NCBI GenBank assembly: GCA_051599415.1
Contig: AP039714.1
Span: forward strand, 174,735 to 194,734
From: Savitreella phatthalungensis
Lineage: Eukaryota
Direction of reading: 5' to 3'
DNA: 20,000 nt
The notes beneath the pieces were generated by a model. The model ran no database searches and was not told the origin of the DNA. It saw nothing but the letters and a program-made list of their open reading frames with translations. The position numbers and the translations under genes were made by a program. Position 1 is the stretch's first letter; every line of letters begins with the position of its first letter. This document shows positions 8,560-18,412 of this stretch, in pieces.

Positions 8560-10017
8560 ATGGACGCCACGACCTACGCAAAGACGCGCGTCTCTTCCCT
8601 TGTCCCTCGCAATGTCGCGGGACAGCAGGGCAGGTCGCCCTGGCGGGCATTCGCCGCCATGGATGCCCGCAAGTGGAACTACTTCGGACTGGGATTCTGG
8701 TCGTGGGCATGGGATGCATTCGACTTCTTCGTTGTCTCCCTCACCATTGACAACATCGCAGAGGACTTTGATAAGAAGGTGACTGCGATTTCCTGGGGTA
8801 TCACCGTCACCCTCATGCTCAGGTCTGTCGGTGCCATCCTCTTCGGTCTCGCCGCGGACAAGTACGGCCGCAAGTGGCCCATGGCCTTCAACCTCTTCCT
8901 CTTCTCCGTCCTTGAGATCGGTCTCGGCTTTTGCAGAAACTTCAAGGAGTTCCTCGCGGTCCGCGCACTCTTCGGTATCGCCATGGGCGGCATCTACGGC
9001 ATGGCCAACGCCACCGCACTCGAGGACATCCCGACAGAGGCTCGCGGCTTCTTCGGCGGTGCCTTGCAACAGGCCTACGCTCTAGGGTATCTTGTTGCTT
9101 CAGCCTTCAATAGAGCCCTGACGCCGACGACATCGCACGGATGGAGGTCGCTCGCATGGTTCTCTGCAGGTCCGCCGATTCTTATCATGGTTTGGCGAAT
9201 TTGCACGCCAGAAACCGACACATTTTTGCGTTTGCAAGCAGCGAAACGTGCAAATCAGGAATTAAATGAGCCACTCATGCGCCGCTTTTTACGCGAAGGC
9301 AAGAATGCAGCCCGATCACATGGAGTTCTTTTCGTCTACCTCGTCCTTCTCATGACCGGCGCAAACTTCCTCTCTCACGGATCCCAAGATGTTGCAAAGC
9401 TCGTCATCAAGCAGAAGATCAGCACAAATCCAAACGGCATCACCGTTGCTCTCATACTCTCCAATGTCGGCGCCATCTGCGGTGGCATGGCTCTCGGACT
9501 CGCCTCTGACTTTGTCGGTCGTAGGCTGATGATGATCATCGCCTGCTGCGTTGGTCTCGCCATACTGCCAGCTTACCTTTACGCCAAGCACGCGAATCTG
9601 ATCGCCGGTCTCTTCTTCGAGCAGTTCTGCGTCCAGGGCTTCTGGGGTGTCATCGCCGTTCACCTGATCGAGCTCGCTCCGCCAGAGTACCGTACCTTCG
9701 TCGTCGGTACAGCCTATCAGCTCGGCAATTTGGTATCCTCCGCATCAGCCACGATCGAGACCGAGCTCGCGCCAAAGTTCCCACTGCCAAAGGGCTCTAA
9801 GACGCCTTACGACTACGCACGCGTCATGGTCTATTTCCTCCTCGTTGTCTACGCGTATCTGCTCGTTGTCGTCTTTGTTGGACCGGAGAAGCGCGGACTG
9901 GCGCTCAATACGTCCAAGGATACCGAGGCGATTGACCAGCTCGAGCGCAAGCACGCCGATGTGGACGCCGACTCTGTTGACGAGAAGCACCAGGCCACCA
10001 CGAGGGAGTATGCTTAG
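8560..10017 (+). CDS. JEN1: Jen1-family MFS carboxylic acid:H+ symporter
   Basis: 485 aa with about 12 hydrophobic segments. Motifs WAWDAFDFF, WGITVTLMLRSVGA, ADKYGRKW, RALFGIAMGG, NFLSHGSQD, QFCVQGFWG and YQLGNLVSS are typical of Jen1/Jen2. Confidence 0.93.
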   Translation: MDATTYAKTRVSSLVPRNVAGQQGRSPWRAFAAMDARKWNYFGLGFWSWAWDAFDFFVVSLTIDNIAEDFDKKVTAISWGITVTLMLRSVGAILFGLAADKYGRKWPMAFNLFLFSVLEIGLGFCRNFKEFLAVRALFGIAMGGIYGMANATALEDIPTEARGFFGGALQQAYALGYLVASAFNRALTPTTSHGWRSLAWFSAGPPILIMVWRICTPETDTFLRLQAAKRANQELNEPLMRRFLREGKNAARSHGVLFVYLVLLMTGANFLSHGSQDVAKLVIKQKISTNPNGITVALILSNVGAICGGMALGLASDFVGRRLMMIIACCVGLAILPAYLYAKHANLIAGLFFEQFCVQGFWGVIAVHLIELAPPEYRTFVVGTAYQLGNLVSSASATIETELAPKFPLPKGSKTPYDYARVMVYFLLVVYAYLLVVVFVGPEKRGLALNTSKDTEAIDQLERKHADVDADSVDEKHQATTREYA

Positions 10018-10447
10018 GCCTAGCAGTGCACTTCCGTCAGCTAGACCTTCCCCACTCCTCAACATTTTTACGTTCTGTTTAGCGGCTAGCAAATAGTCTA
10101 TCCGATTGGTACTACCTGATCCCATGAACCGATAGAGATATTCTCATGCTCGAGAGCGGCGCTCATAAGCAATCTTATAGGCGCAGGCCGGTCAGACGAA
10201 TACTCTAACTTTCGATCTTGCCTCGTCATCGCTCGGTCCGCACAGATCCACAGATCATCTGCTCACTTCACGCCACTCCAATCGCCATTGCCAATGCCAC
10301 CAGACACCCACACTAATCGTCATCCCACTCATAATCGTGTACTAATTGCACAGGCTCAGGTGCTTCAACTGGACATACATTTCATGTTGCTCGTTGCGGC
10401 TCGTACGGCGCCGACCCATCATCAACAGAACCCGCCTGATCTCGAAC

Positions 10448-11101
10448 TTATCTCTCCTTGCTGTCGACCACGACGTCTGGAATGACTCCGTGCTCAAGCA
10501 GATATTTGCCATTCGGTGCATCGTTGAAGTCTACGCGCGCAAGTCCTTCCTCCAGAGAGTCGACGATCCCGGCGGCCAGGTGTCTGGCAGCGAGTCTTTG
10601 ACGTGCAATCTCCGGATCGCACCGCAAGAGCCATGTCTCGTCGACCATCTCTGAAATCTGTCGCCACGGCTCCTCCCTCAGCAACAGGTAGTTGCCTTCC
10701 AGGATGACCACAGTCGCTCGACGGTCGATCACGACGTCGTCTTCGATGGGATCCTTCACGGCGTGGTCGAATGACGGCGCACGAATATCCGGCAGATTCC
10801 GGTATGTAGAGACCTTGAGCTGATGAACAAGGTCAACGACCCGTTGAGCGTCGAATGTGAAGGGAGCACCACGACGGCGCAGGCCATCCTCGTCGAGCTG
10901 TGATCGAGGGATGTGGTATCCGTCCATCCCAACGACGGCTGTCTTTGGGCCGAGCAGTGCTGCCACCTGTGCTGCAAGCGTCGTCTTTCCTGAACCAGGC
11001 ACTCCAGCCAGAGCGATGATAACGCGTGGTCTCAACTCATTGTGTGGTTTATCCGCGAGCAGCTCCCGGACACGGGATGCCAAGTAGTCCGCGGTGTCCA
11101 T
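10448..11101 (-). CDS. YFH7: Yfh7-like P-loop kinase (phosphoribulokinase/uridine kinase/pantothenate kinase superfamily)
   Basis: 217 aa with Walker A GVPGSGKT and family motifs MDGYH, RRGAPFTFD, PSFDHAVKDP and EGNYLLL. Confidence 0.85.
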   Translation of the reverse strand: MDTADYLASRVRELLADKPHNELRPRVIIALAGVPGSGKTTLAAQVAALLGPKTAVVGMDGYHIPRSQLDEDGLRRRGAPFTFDAQRVVDLVHQLKVSTYRNLPDIRAPSFDHAVKDPIEDDVVIDRRATVVILEGNYLLLREEPWRQISEMVDETWLLRCDPEIARQRLAARHLAAGIVDSLEEGLARVDFNDAPNGKYLLEHGVIPDVVVDSKER

Positions 11102-11831
11102 TTATTAAATTGACCGATCGGTCGTGACGTACGTGCCAAAAAAGAAGACATCTATACGCGCATATCCAAACAGACTCATACCTGCAGACAGATCTTTATC
11201 AACACCGGCTATTTTTCAAAACTCCTGGCGAGTGGGAGAGTCTCCTCTACCCTTTGACAATTTCACGCTGACAAACAACGGCCAGATCCAGGAGGCACAG
11301 GTGGCGATGGACAAGTACAGGCTGAAGACGATCGGGATCTCGGTCCTCGACAGACTCCCTGGCATATTTTCTTGAGAGATTGCGAGTTGCGAAGCTAAAG
11401 GTGGTAGCACATCGAGCGAGACAGAATGGGAGTGACGTTCATACATGATGATTTGAGGACAAGATTGTGAAGGATTGTCGCGTAGACGACGATTGCTTTG
11501 TGGCTCAGTGAATTCGTCTCCTTCTGTGCTCTGCAGTCCATTGACCTCTGTGCTTTCTAGGCACATGTCAGACAATCATGCACGGGTCTGGGTCTTATTG
11601 CCGTTTTCGTACACGTATTCCTATTGGCGGGCGCTTGAATTCAGACATGGACGTTTGTCCAGTACGCGTAATTTACAGACTGAACTGATAGGTACGATAC
11701 CACCCCGAGGTACTGGTAAACGGAGCATGTCTACGCCAGGGAGCAGCGCCAAGCCAAGCTATCAACAGGTGCACTATGCAATGTGTATAAGAGTCTGATT
11801 GAGTCCGCACTTCCTCTGACAAGCGAGTGTC

Positions 11832-12632
11832 ATGTTTTACAATCTTTATCATTACGATCCTAGTAAAGCGCTATTATCGGTCGGATGCATTCTGTTTGCC
11901 TTGCTCTCGATCGGTCATACCTGGAGCGCCGTCAAGGCTAGGGCTGTCTGGTGGACCGCATTTCTGGTCGGCGGCTGGATGGAAGTAGCCGGATTCATCG
12001 CGAGAGGTATAGGAACAACCCAATTGTCGGCACTTTCGACGTATATCGTGCAGACCCTCTTCCTCCTCCTACCCCCGGCCTTCTTCTCCGCCAGCATCTA
12101 CATGACTCTCAGGCGTCTCGTCGTTGCCACAGCGCGGCCCGACCTGCTCATCATACCGATGAGGCTGTGCACGCGCCTGTTTGTCGGGGCAGACGTACTG
12201 TCACTCCTTCTCCAAGGAGCTGGCGGAGGTCTTCAGACGTCAACGAATGATGCCTCGAAGTCTCTGGGTCAGAAGCTCGTCATTGTCGGTCTCTGCATCC
12301 AGCTCGTCGCCTTCACCTTCTTCCTTATCACCACCTGGATCTTCTCCGGCAGACTCGCGCGCACGACCCAGGAGGTTCGCAAGATCGTTATCGGCATCAG
12401 CATTTCCGGACCACTTATTCTCATCCGATCAGTCTATCGTGTCGTCGAGTATGCCCAAGGTTATACAGGCTATATTATGACGCATGAGTGGGCCTTATAC
12501 GTGTTTGACACGTTGCCCATGCTCCTCCTCACCTTCGCTCTATTCATTCTCTTCCCACCCGTTGAGATGCTAGCCATCAAGGCTGCAACGGAGCCCTCGA
12601 GAGAACATATTAGTATTGAGGAAAAGGCGTAA
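11832..12632 (+). CDS. RTA1/Rsb1-family 7-TM protein (putative lipid/long-chain-base translocating exporter)
   Basis: 266 aa with LYHYDPS, GGWMEVAGFIAR, LLLPPAFFSASIYMTLRRL, ADVLSLLLQGAGGG, LIRSVYRVVEYAQG and HEWALYVFD. TATAAG at 11786-11791. Confidence 0.92.
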   Translation: MFYNLYHYDPSKALLSVGCILFALLSIGHTWSAVKARAVWWTAFLVGGWMEVAGFIARGIGTTQLSALSTYIVQTLFLLLPPAFFSASIYMTLRRLVVATARPDLLIIPMRLCTRLFVGADVLSLLLQGAGGGLQTSTNDASKSLGQKLVIVGLCIQLVAFTFFLITTWIFSGRLARTTQEVRKIVIGISISGPLILIRSVYRVVEYAQGYTGYIMTHEWALYVFDTLPMLLLTFALFILFPPVEMLAIKAATEPSREHISIEEKA

Positions 12633-12663
12633 TTCCACCTTCCCGAGGTCTCGTCTCTCACAT

Positions 12664-14196
12664 CTATACGAGAGAGACGAGTGACGACGATGACGAACTT
12701 TGCGAAGGCGCCTGCGGCTTGAGTGACACCTTGTAGTCGATCCTGTCAGTAACAAGGTGCATCATCTGCGCGTGAACGCCCGGCACAGATCCATAGACGA
12801 ACCCTGCCACCGGAAAAAGTAAATAATCCCACAAATTATAAATGGATCGTTTCGCGACTTGAGAATTTGGATTGTGCGCGAGACGCATGCCGACGCATTT
12901 GGCGTAAAATGACTCGGCCAAGTACATCCACAGGAAAGTCTGCAAGATGTTGACAAAGCGAGACACACCTGTGAGCGACAAAATCGGCGCCAGGGGGCCA
13001 GTCTCGCATCGCGCAAACAGTCCTACGACCACGAACACGGCCAGCTGAATCGGCAGTAAGTGCGCCTCGTACAACCTGTGTGCGAGAATCAGGTACGCTC
13101 TCAAATTCACTGGCCGTTTCGAGTGCTCCTTCGGTGCGAAGAACTGGCCAAGTGCATAGCCGAGATCGATCGACCCCCACATATGACGCAGGGCCTGGTG
13201 ATACCTGGCAATGAGGACGTTGTCGCCACCGACGTTGCAGCTGCTTGCAGGTGACCAGATCGGCACGCACTCCAAATTACCCCGCGTCCAGAAAAAGCAC
13301 TTGAGGAACATGTGGAAGTCCTCGCCGATCGAGTCTGCCGACGTATCCCAAAATCCGACCTGCTCTGCGAATGATAACGGGAGCGCGTAGCAGCTCGTGG
13401 GAGGCACGAGCGACGTCGTGAAGCCAGAGAGTCCGGCTGTCGTCCACAACGCGTCGGCAGCCCTTACAAGCGGCGGCGTCTCCTCTGCGTTTCGGTCAAA
13501 GATGATCGGAACGGCAAAGAGGATTTGCCGGTTGACGATCGATCCCAGGTGGTCGACGATTCCGTCAAAATGGGACGGGAGGAGCAAGGTATCCGCATCA
13601 CAGACGTGAATCACCACCTTGTCGCGCTCCTCTGCAGCGTACAGCTTGCTGGCCGCTTGTCTGGCCGCGTAATTCACATTCGACGACTTTCCTCGGCATT
13701 CTCCTTCGATCGTTGGGTGGGTGGTCACGATCAGGCGCCTGAACTTCGACTCGGCACCCATGAAGATCGATGTCTTGTGGTCTCGATCACGCTTGTCCTC
13801 CGCCTGCTCCATAGCCAGGACGACGTCGTACTCCCGCTGGGCTCGAGCGTGCGCGCCCAGATTATGGAGGACCTCCATGATCGTCCCAGCATGCTCCTTG
13901 TACATCGGGATGATGATGCAATGTAGGTATGCCTCGGTCGCGGGCGTCGGCGTCGGCGTGTACGGCGGCAGCTGAGGCGAGTCCGGAGCCTTCCCGACCT
14001 TTCCTCGGGCTTTATACATCGCTATTGTTGCACGAATGGTGAACCCCATGGCGTTCATGTGTGCGAAGACGGAGATTCCGCCGAGCAACATGTCCAGCCA
14101 TGGTCTGCTGTAACCGAATGCGAACCTCAAAAGACACAGACAGATCAGTGCGATCGACAGCACTGGCGGCGCGATCCTCGCCAGGTAGTGGACCAT
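12664..14196 (-). CDS. Membrane-embedded GT2-family glycosyltransferase
   Basis: 510 aa: two N-terminal TM helices, IIIPMYKE, GKSSN, DAD (DxD), GED, QALRHMWG (QxxRW-like) and further C-terminal TM helices. Confidence 0.85.
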   Translation of the reverse strand: MVHYLARIAPPVLSIALICLCLLRFAFGYSRPWLDMLLGGISVFAHMNAMGFTIRATIAMYKARGKVGKAPDSPQLPPYTPTPTPATEAYLHCIIIPMYKEHAGTIMEVLHNLGAHARAQREYDVVLAMEQAEDKRDRDHKTSIFMGAESKFRRLIVTTHPTIEGECRGKSSNVNYAARQAASKLYAAEERDKVVIHVCDADTLLLPSHFDGIVDHLGSIVNRQILFAVPIIFDRNAEETPPLVRAADALWTTAGLSGFTTSLVPPTSCYALPLSFAEQVGFWDTSADSIGEDFHMFLKCFFWTRGNLECVPIWSPASSCNVGGDNVLIARYHQALRHMWGSIDLGYALGQFFAPKEHSKRPVNLRAYLILAHRLYEAHLLPIQLAVFVVVGLFARCETGPLAPILSLTGVSRFVNILQTFLWMYLAESFYAKCVGMRLAHNPNSQVAKRSIYNLWDYLLFPVAGFVYGSVPGVHAQMMHLVTDRIDYKVSLKPQAPSQSSSSSSLVSLV

Positions 14197-14538
14197 TGTA
14201 GGCTGCTTGAGAATGTCTCGGTGACGCAGGTCACGCCTTTCTTCTCCAGTCTGTTATTTGTATGGTAGCTTGCTTCCTTCTTCACCGCAATTTTCTTGCA
14301 AACATCGTGCAACGCGTTGTTTGTGTGGTCTCATCGGACAGGTCCGGGCAAAGGGGCTCGCTGGCCAAGTGGCTGGGTCTCTCCCACGACCCAGCGAAAG
14401 TTTCGACCCGCTCGAGCTCAATATCTGAGCCGCGCCAACCGACAGACGCGATGAATGCGAGCATGTCAATCTAGACCGCGTGATTGGCTGGCTGTCAAAA
14501 CTCTATTTGTTACAAGTGGAAAAATTTCACGACCTCTA

Positions 14539-14613
14539 CACGTGAGATTCGAGTCAGAACGGGCTGCAGGCACGTGTGTAGAGGTGCCATGAGCGGACCC
14601 CACACGGCACGTG
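14539..14613. promoter_or_regulatory. Triple CACGTG E-box cluster in the divergent GT2/RING promoter
   Basis: CACGTG at 14539-14544, 14571-14576 and 14608-14613. Confidence 0.45.
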
Positions 14614-14683
14614 TCGCCCAATCGACAGCCTGTACAAAGTCTTATAGCTCGAGTGATGTAACCCCGGTGTGGAAAGGGTCCGG

Positions 14684-15760
14684 ATGGAGACGGAGAGCCC
14701 TGTAGAGGACTGCGGCATCTGTCTATGTCCTCTCGAGGCCGTTGCGGAGATTCCTTGCGGCCATATATACCACCATGAGTGTATCGCAGCCTGGGCACAG
14801 ACCTCCAACGCATGTCCGTACTGTCGGCGACCATTCGATCGGATCATTGTAGGCGACAGGCAGCTGCCAGTAGACGACAAGAGGCCAGACGATGATGGAG
14901 ACGAAGCTGCAGATGATGCTGCTGAGCAGTCGGGCGGGCGAAGTCGACGCAGGGACGCGCGCTTGGCAGATTGGACGCGTGCATGGGAAAGGGTCAGGTC
15001 GCGCGCATGGGATCGTCTTAACGGGGATTTGCCAAGACAAACTCGCAGGGTGGCGTTATCGAGTCGACAGATCGATGAGCTTGATTTCTGGAGGGCACGC
15101 ATGGAGAATCGAGGGTTCGACCGTCGTGCGGCATCTATGGCGGAACCGCAGCCGGATCGCGAAGAACTCGATCCACATGTCGCAGGCCTTTGGCGCGCAT
15201 TTGACCAGGCACGGTCTCACGAGGCGTCTCATTCGCAGGATGACCAGCCCGAAGGTTCCTCCAGACCACAGAAAAGGCCACGACTCTCGAGGGTCTCGAT
15301 GTCGGCCAGCTCCACCAGCTCTTCCTCTCTCGTGCGCAACTCACATACCTCGCCTTCAAGAGCTGTGCCCAGCGAGGAGCCTGCAGCTCCTATTACTGAA
15401 TCACGCGCAACACTCGCGACGCCCACAAATGAACCTCAGGCCGTCTCGCGGCCGCGATCGATTGAGATGCCGGGTACATCGTCGCGCTTGACAGGCGTGC
15501 TCGATCGGATTCGCGCGCCCCCTCCACAGTCACCATGCATCATCGCGGCCTATCGACCGAGCAAGACTCAGATCTCGCAGGTGGTCTCGGCTGCGTTGAG
15601 CCCATACTACCCACGAACGCTTGACAAGGACAGATTTGCGACTCTCAATCGGAAGCTCACGCACGATCTCTTCGCCCGGCGATCGCGTCTCTCTGGACCC
15701 GTGGAACTTGCAGATGAAGTCGATCTCGCTGTGGAGCGGCACTTGGGCGATGTCACATAG
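14684..15760 (+). CDS. RING-H2 E3 ligase, Asr1/PHRF1-like, with a putative C-terminal Pol II CTD-binding (SRI-like) domain
   Basis: From ATG 14684: CGIC..CGHIYHHEC..W..CPYC (C3H2C3). Blocks WTRAWERVRSRAWDRLN, WRAFDQAR, KRPR and KTQISQVVSAALSPYY..DKDRFATLNRKLTHDLF resemble fungal PHD-RING Asr1-like proteins, from recall. Confidence 0.8.
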   Translation: METESPVEDCGICLCPLEAVAEIPCGHIYHHECIAAWAQTSNACPYCRRPFDRIIVGDRQLPVDDKRPDDDGDEAADDAAEQSGGRSRRRDARLADWTRAWERVRSRAWDRLNGDLPRQTRRVALSSRQIDELDFWRARMENRGFDRRAASMAEPQPDREELDPHVAGLWRAFDQARSHEASHSQDDQPEGSSRPQKRPRLSRVSMSASSTSSSSLVRNSHTSPSRAVPSEEPAAPITESRATLATPTNEPQAVSRPRSIEMPGTSSRLTGVLDRIRAPPPQSPCIIAAYRPSKTQISQVVSAALSPYYPRTLDKDRFATLNRKLTHDLFARRSRLSGPVELADEVDLAVERHLGDVT

Positions 15761-16573
15761 ACAGCGGGATTCTGACTACGACGAGAATCTCTGCACAGGA
15801 ATCACCCAGACCTAAGATTTCCATTCCGGACGAAGTGCCGAATTCCCCGAGAATCGATGAACAAGCAGCATGCACAAATCAAGGTATGGCGTTTCAAAAA
15901 CACCCGTCTTGAGACGCCAGATAAGTCTCAAAGCTCCCATCGACTGTTCACGGTAGCATCGTCTCCGGCCTTCATGTGCATCTTCTGGCACATCTGTCGA
16001 TACATGTGATTGTCGGATGCGTGCCCATTCTGACACCAGCGATATTTGACAACATCAAATCGTTCTGTTCATCAGAGATGACCGGTGGCTGCCATCTCGC
16101 AGTCACTGGGGCCTATCAGCATGGTTGTTGAGCCGTTCTTAAATATGGCTTGACACAGCCAGGGTTCTGCCGCTTAGCCAATCAAGTCATCGTCGATTGG
16201 GCCATTGAAATAAATTGGGTCGGCGCCCTGCCGTGAAGTAATTAATTTGATCAGAACTCTGCTTAGCCTCCAGCAGATACAATTTGGAAAAGCGTCTGCG
16301 GTGCTTGCCATTTAGGCTCTCCACAGATTCATTGATTGGCCTATTCACGTCGGGACATAGATTTGAGGACGACCGAGTGTCTAGAAAGGGAAGGAGGAAG
16401 CTTCACCGACTGACCATAATTCAATTCTGATTTCTTTCAGCCATATATACAGCATGCTCAGTCGCCTTTGATCTTTTCCTTTTGGGCACGAGGATTGTTC
16501 AGTGCTCATCTTGTTTCGACGCTTCATTTATAAGAAGAGGTCACCTTGACGAGCTGTCGGCCATAATGCGAGC

Positions 16574-18412
16574 ATGTTACTTCCATACTTCTTGATCGTC
16601 ACGTTCGTCGGTGTGGCTATCGGGCTCGATACTTTCGATAGTTTGCTTGTTGCGGGCGGCAAATGTGCAGCAGTCGTTGCTGCGATAGGCGCCTTGCCTG
16701 CGGTCAATCAACAGTCTGCCTCAAATTACTGCAACGCCTATCTCTCAGCGATCAAGACTATTGCAGCACCCACAGTCACCGTCACGGTCGGCGGCATTTG
16801 CACTCCTTTGACCCCGACGAACCTATCAATTGCTCCTCGCAATATCGAGCTCGCGCCGCGAGGCTTTGTCAGATCAGTCGGACATCCATGTCCAGCCTTT
16901 ATGACAGCCCTCGGCACAAAGGCTATTTCGCAGGTCTGTAGCTGCCTGACGCGAACCAGCTCGACAACCACCACGCCTCGAACCACAATAACGCTCTTCA
17001 ACCCAGTAATCTCGACGACGACGAGCTACGTAATCCAAACAACCACGACTCAGCCTGTGGCCATCCAGACGACGATCACGATTATTGAGGCCCCAAGCAT
17101 TGTGCCTGCAGTCATTTACCAGACTGTGTTCGCCCCGGCAAACACGACCACTATACGAAGGTCGACTGTGGCACCGTCAGTGAGCACGACGACGGGCACG
17201 AGCACTGTCACATATCGCGAAATCGTCGAGACCTCAACTACAACCGCAACTTCCACCATTACTACTACCACAACCCCGGTAATCAACATATACTCCATCC
17301 TAACACGCACTTCTTATACAAAAGTTGCGCGAACAACCTCCTTTTCGTTCTCTGGGGTCCGGACAGTATCCGTGGTTGCGAAGTACGAAACAACCGACGA
17401 GGGTGAGGCGGTGCTCTGCCGGCGTGCTGAGCCAGTAGTCTTTCCAACTGACACCGTTTGCCGGACCGTCGTTATGACCTTGACCGTGACCAAAAAGATA
17501 TCTCTGACAGCATCGACCAAGACGCAGATCGTCAGCGTGCTCTCGACACCGGTCAGGACTTCCTTTTCCACCAGTGTCATCTCTTGGACGCCATCTGCCA
17601 CAACAACCGTGACCGTCACGGCGACCCCTGTAGTGGCGACGATCGTCACGCGATTCGTCATTGGAACGGACATGTTGTCCGCGTCCCCCTTCCCATCGAC
17701 CTCAACCAGGACAATCGTTATGACTGCCAGCTCTACAATCACTTCCACCAAGACCGAAATTGCGGATCCGCAAACAACCACTACAGTCACCGGCACAACG
17801 ACTGTCTCTACCGAGGCCACTGACACCATTTATGCATTTAGCTCTACCATGTTCATCACGGTGCCTGGCAGCGTGGCCACCATTCCAGCGCAAATGGACC
17901 TCCGCTTTGGCCACGGATCTGGACCTCGGGCACCGTCGGCACCAGAAGTCAGCCTCGGCCCATATGATATCCCTGTGAAGCCATACGTTACCCCGCGCCC
18001 AAACTTCTTGAGCCGTGGCGGAGTCAACAATCGGTCAGGCTTCGCAGTGGAAACAGCACCTACACACTGGTTTTTCCTTCTCAACAACGAGATCCACACT
18101 CCTCAGCTTAATGCAGATGATTGGCGCGAGTCGGCTGTCCGGAACCCAGGACGTTGTTCCGAGGGTAGCTGTGAGTTCAAGTTCGATTTACCCCTGTGGA
18201 GTGTTCCTGAGGATCCAAATCCCTGGTCGGCCAAATGCTACATTTCCTTCGACCAGCCAAGGCGACTCTTTTGCAAGAACTCACTATATGGCTTTCTGCC
18301 TGACGATGCCTTCACCACTGGTGGTGACTTGCAACTTCGATGGGGCAGAATAGGGCGCATGTACCAAATGCTGCCGGACATGTACATTCTGCCACACGCC
18401 CAGCATTGTTGA
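16574..18412 (+). CDS. Secreted Thr/Ser-rich mucin/adhesin-like protein
   Basis: 612 aa: signal peptide, Cys-containing N-terminal module (ASNYCNAYL; ISQVCSCL), a long Thr/Val-rich stalk and a C-terminal domain with five Cys. No GPI-type hydrophobic tail. TATAAG at 16529-16534. Confidence 0.85.
   Translation: MLLPYFLIVTFVGVAIGLDTFDSLLVAGGKCAAVVAAIGALPAVNQQSASNYCNAYLSAIKTIAAPTVTVTVGGICTPLTPTNLSIAPRNIELAPRGFVRSVGHPCPAFMTALGTKAISQVCSCLTRTSSTTTTPRTTITLFNPVISTTTSYVIQTTTTQPVAIQTTITIIEAPSIVPAVIYQTVFAPANTTTIRRSTVAPSVSTTTGTSTVTYREIVETSTTTATSTITTTTTPVINIYSILTRTSYTKVARTTSFSFSGVRTVSVVAKYETTDEGEAVLCRRAEPVVFPTDTVCRTVVMTLTVTKKISLTASTKTQIVSVLSTPVRTSFSTSVISWTPSATTTVTVTATPVVATIVTRFVIGTDMLSASPFPSTSTRTIVMTASSTITSTKTEIADPQTTTTVTGTTTVSTEATDTIYAFSSTMFITVPGSVATIPAQMDLRFGHGSGPRAPSAPEVSLGPYDIPVKPYVTPRPNFLSRGGVNNRSGFAVETAPTHWFFLLNNEIHTPQLNADDWRESAVRNPGRCSEGSCEFKFDLPLWSVPEDPNPWSAKCYISFDQPRRLFCKNSLYGFLPDDAFTTGGDLQLRWGRIGRMYQMLPDMYILPHAQHC

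Noticed and set aside
8473..9069. 198-aa minus-strand ORF
   Set aside because: Antisense mirror of the codon-biased JEN1 5' half.
11113..11124. 12-bp palindrome GACCGATCGGTC just upstream of the YFH7-like start
   Set aside because: Single short palindrome, plausible by chance in 20 kb.
16566..16595. Out-of-frame upstream ATG overlapping the adhesin-like start
   Set aside because: Only about 30 nt after the TATA, so it may lie at or before the transcription start; cannot be judged without TSS data.
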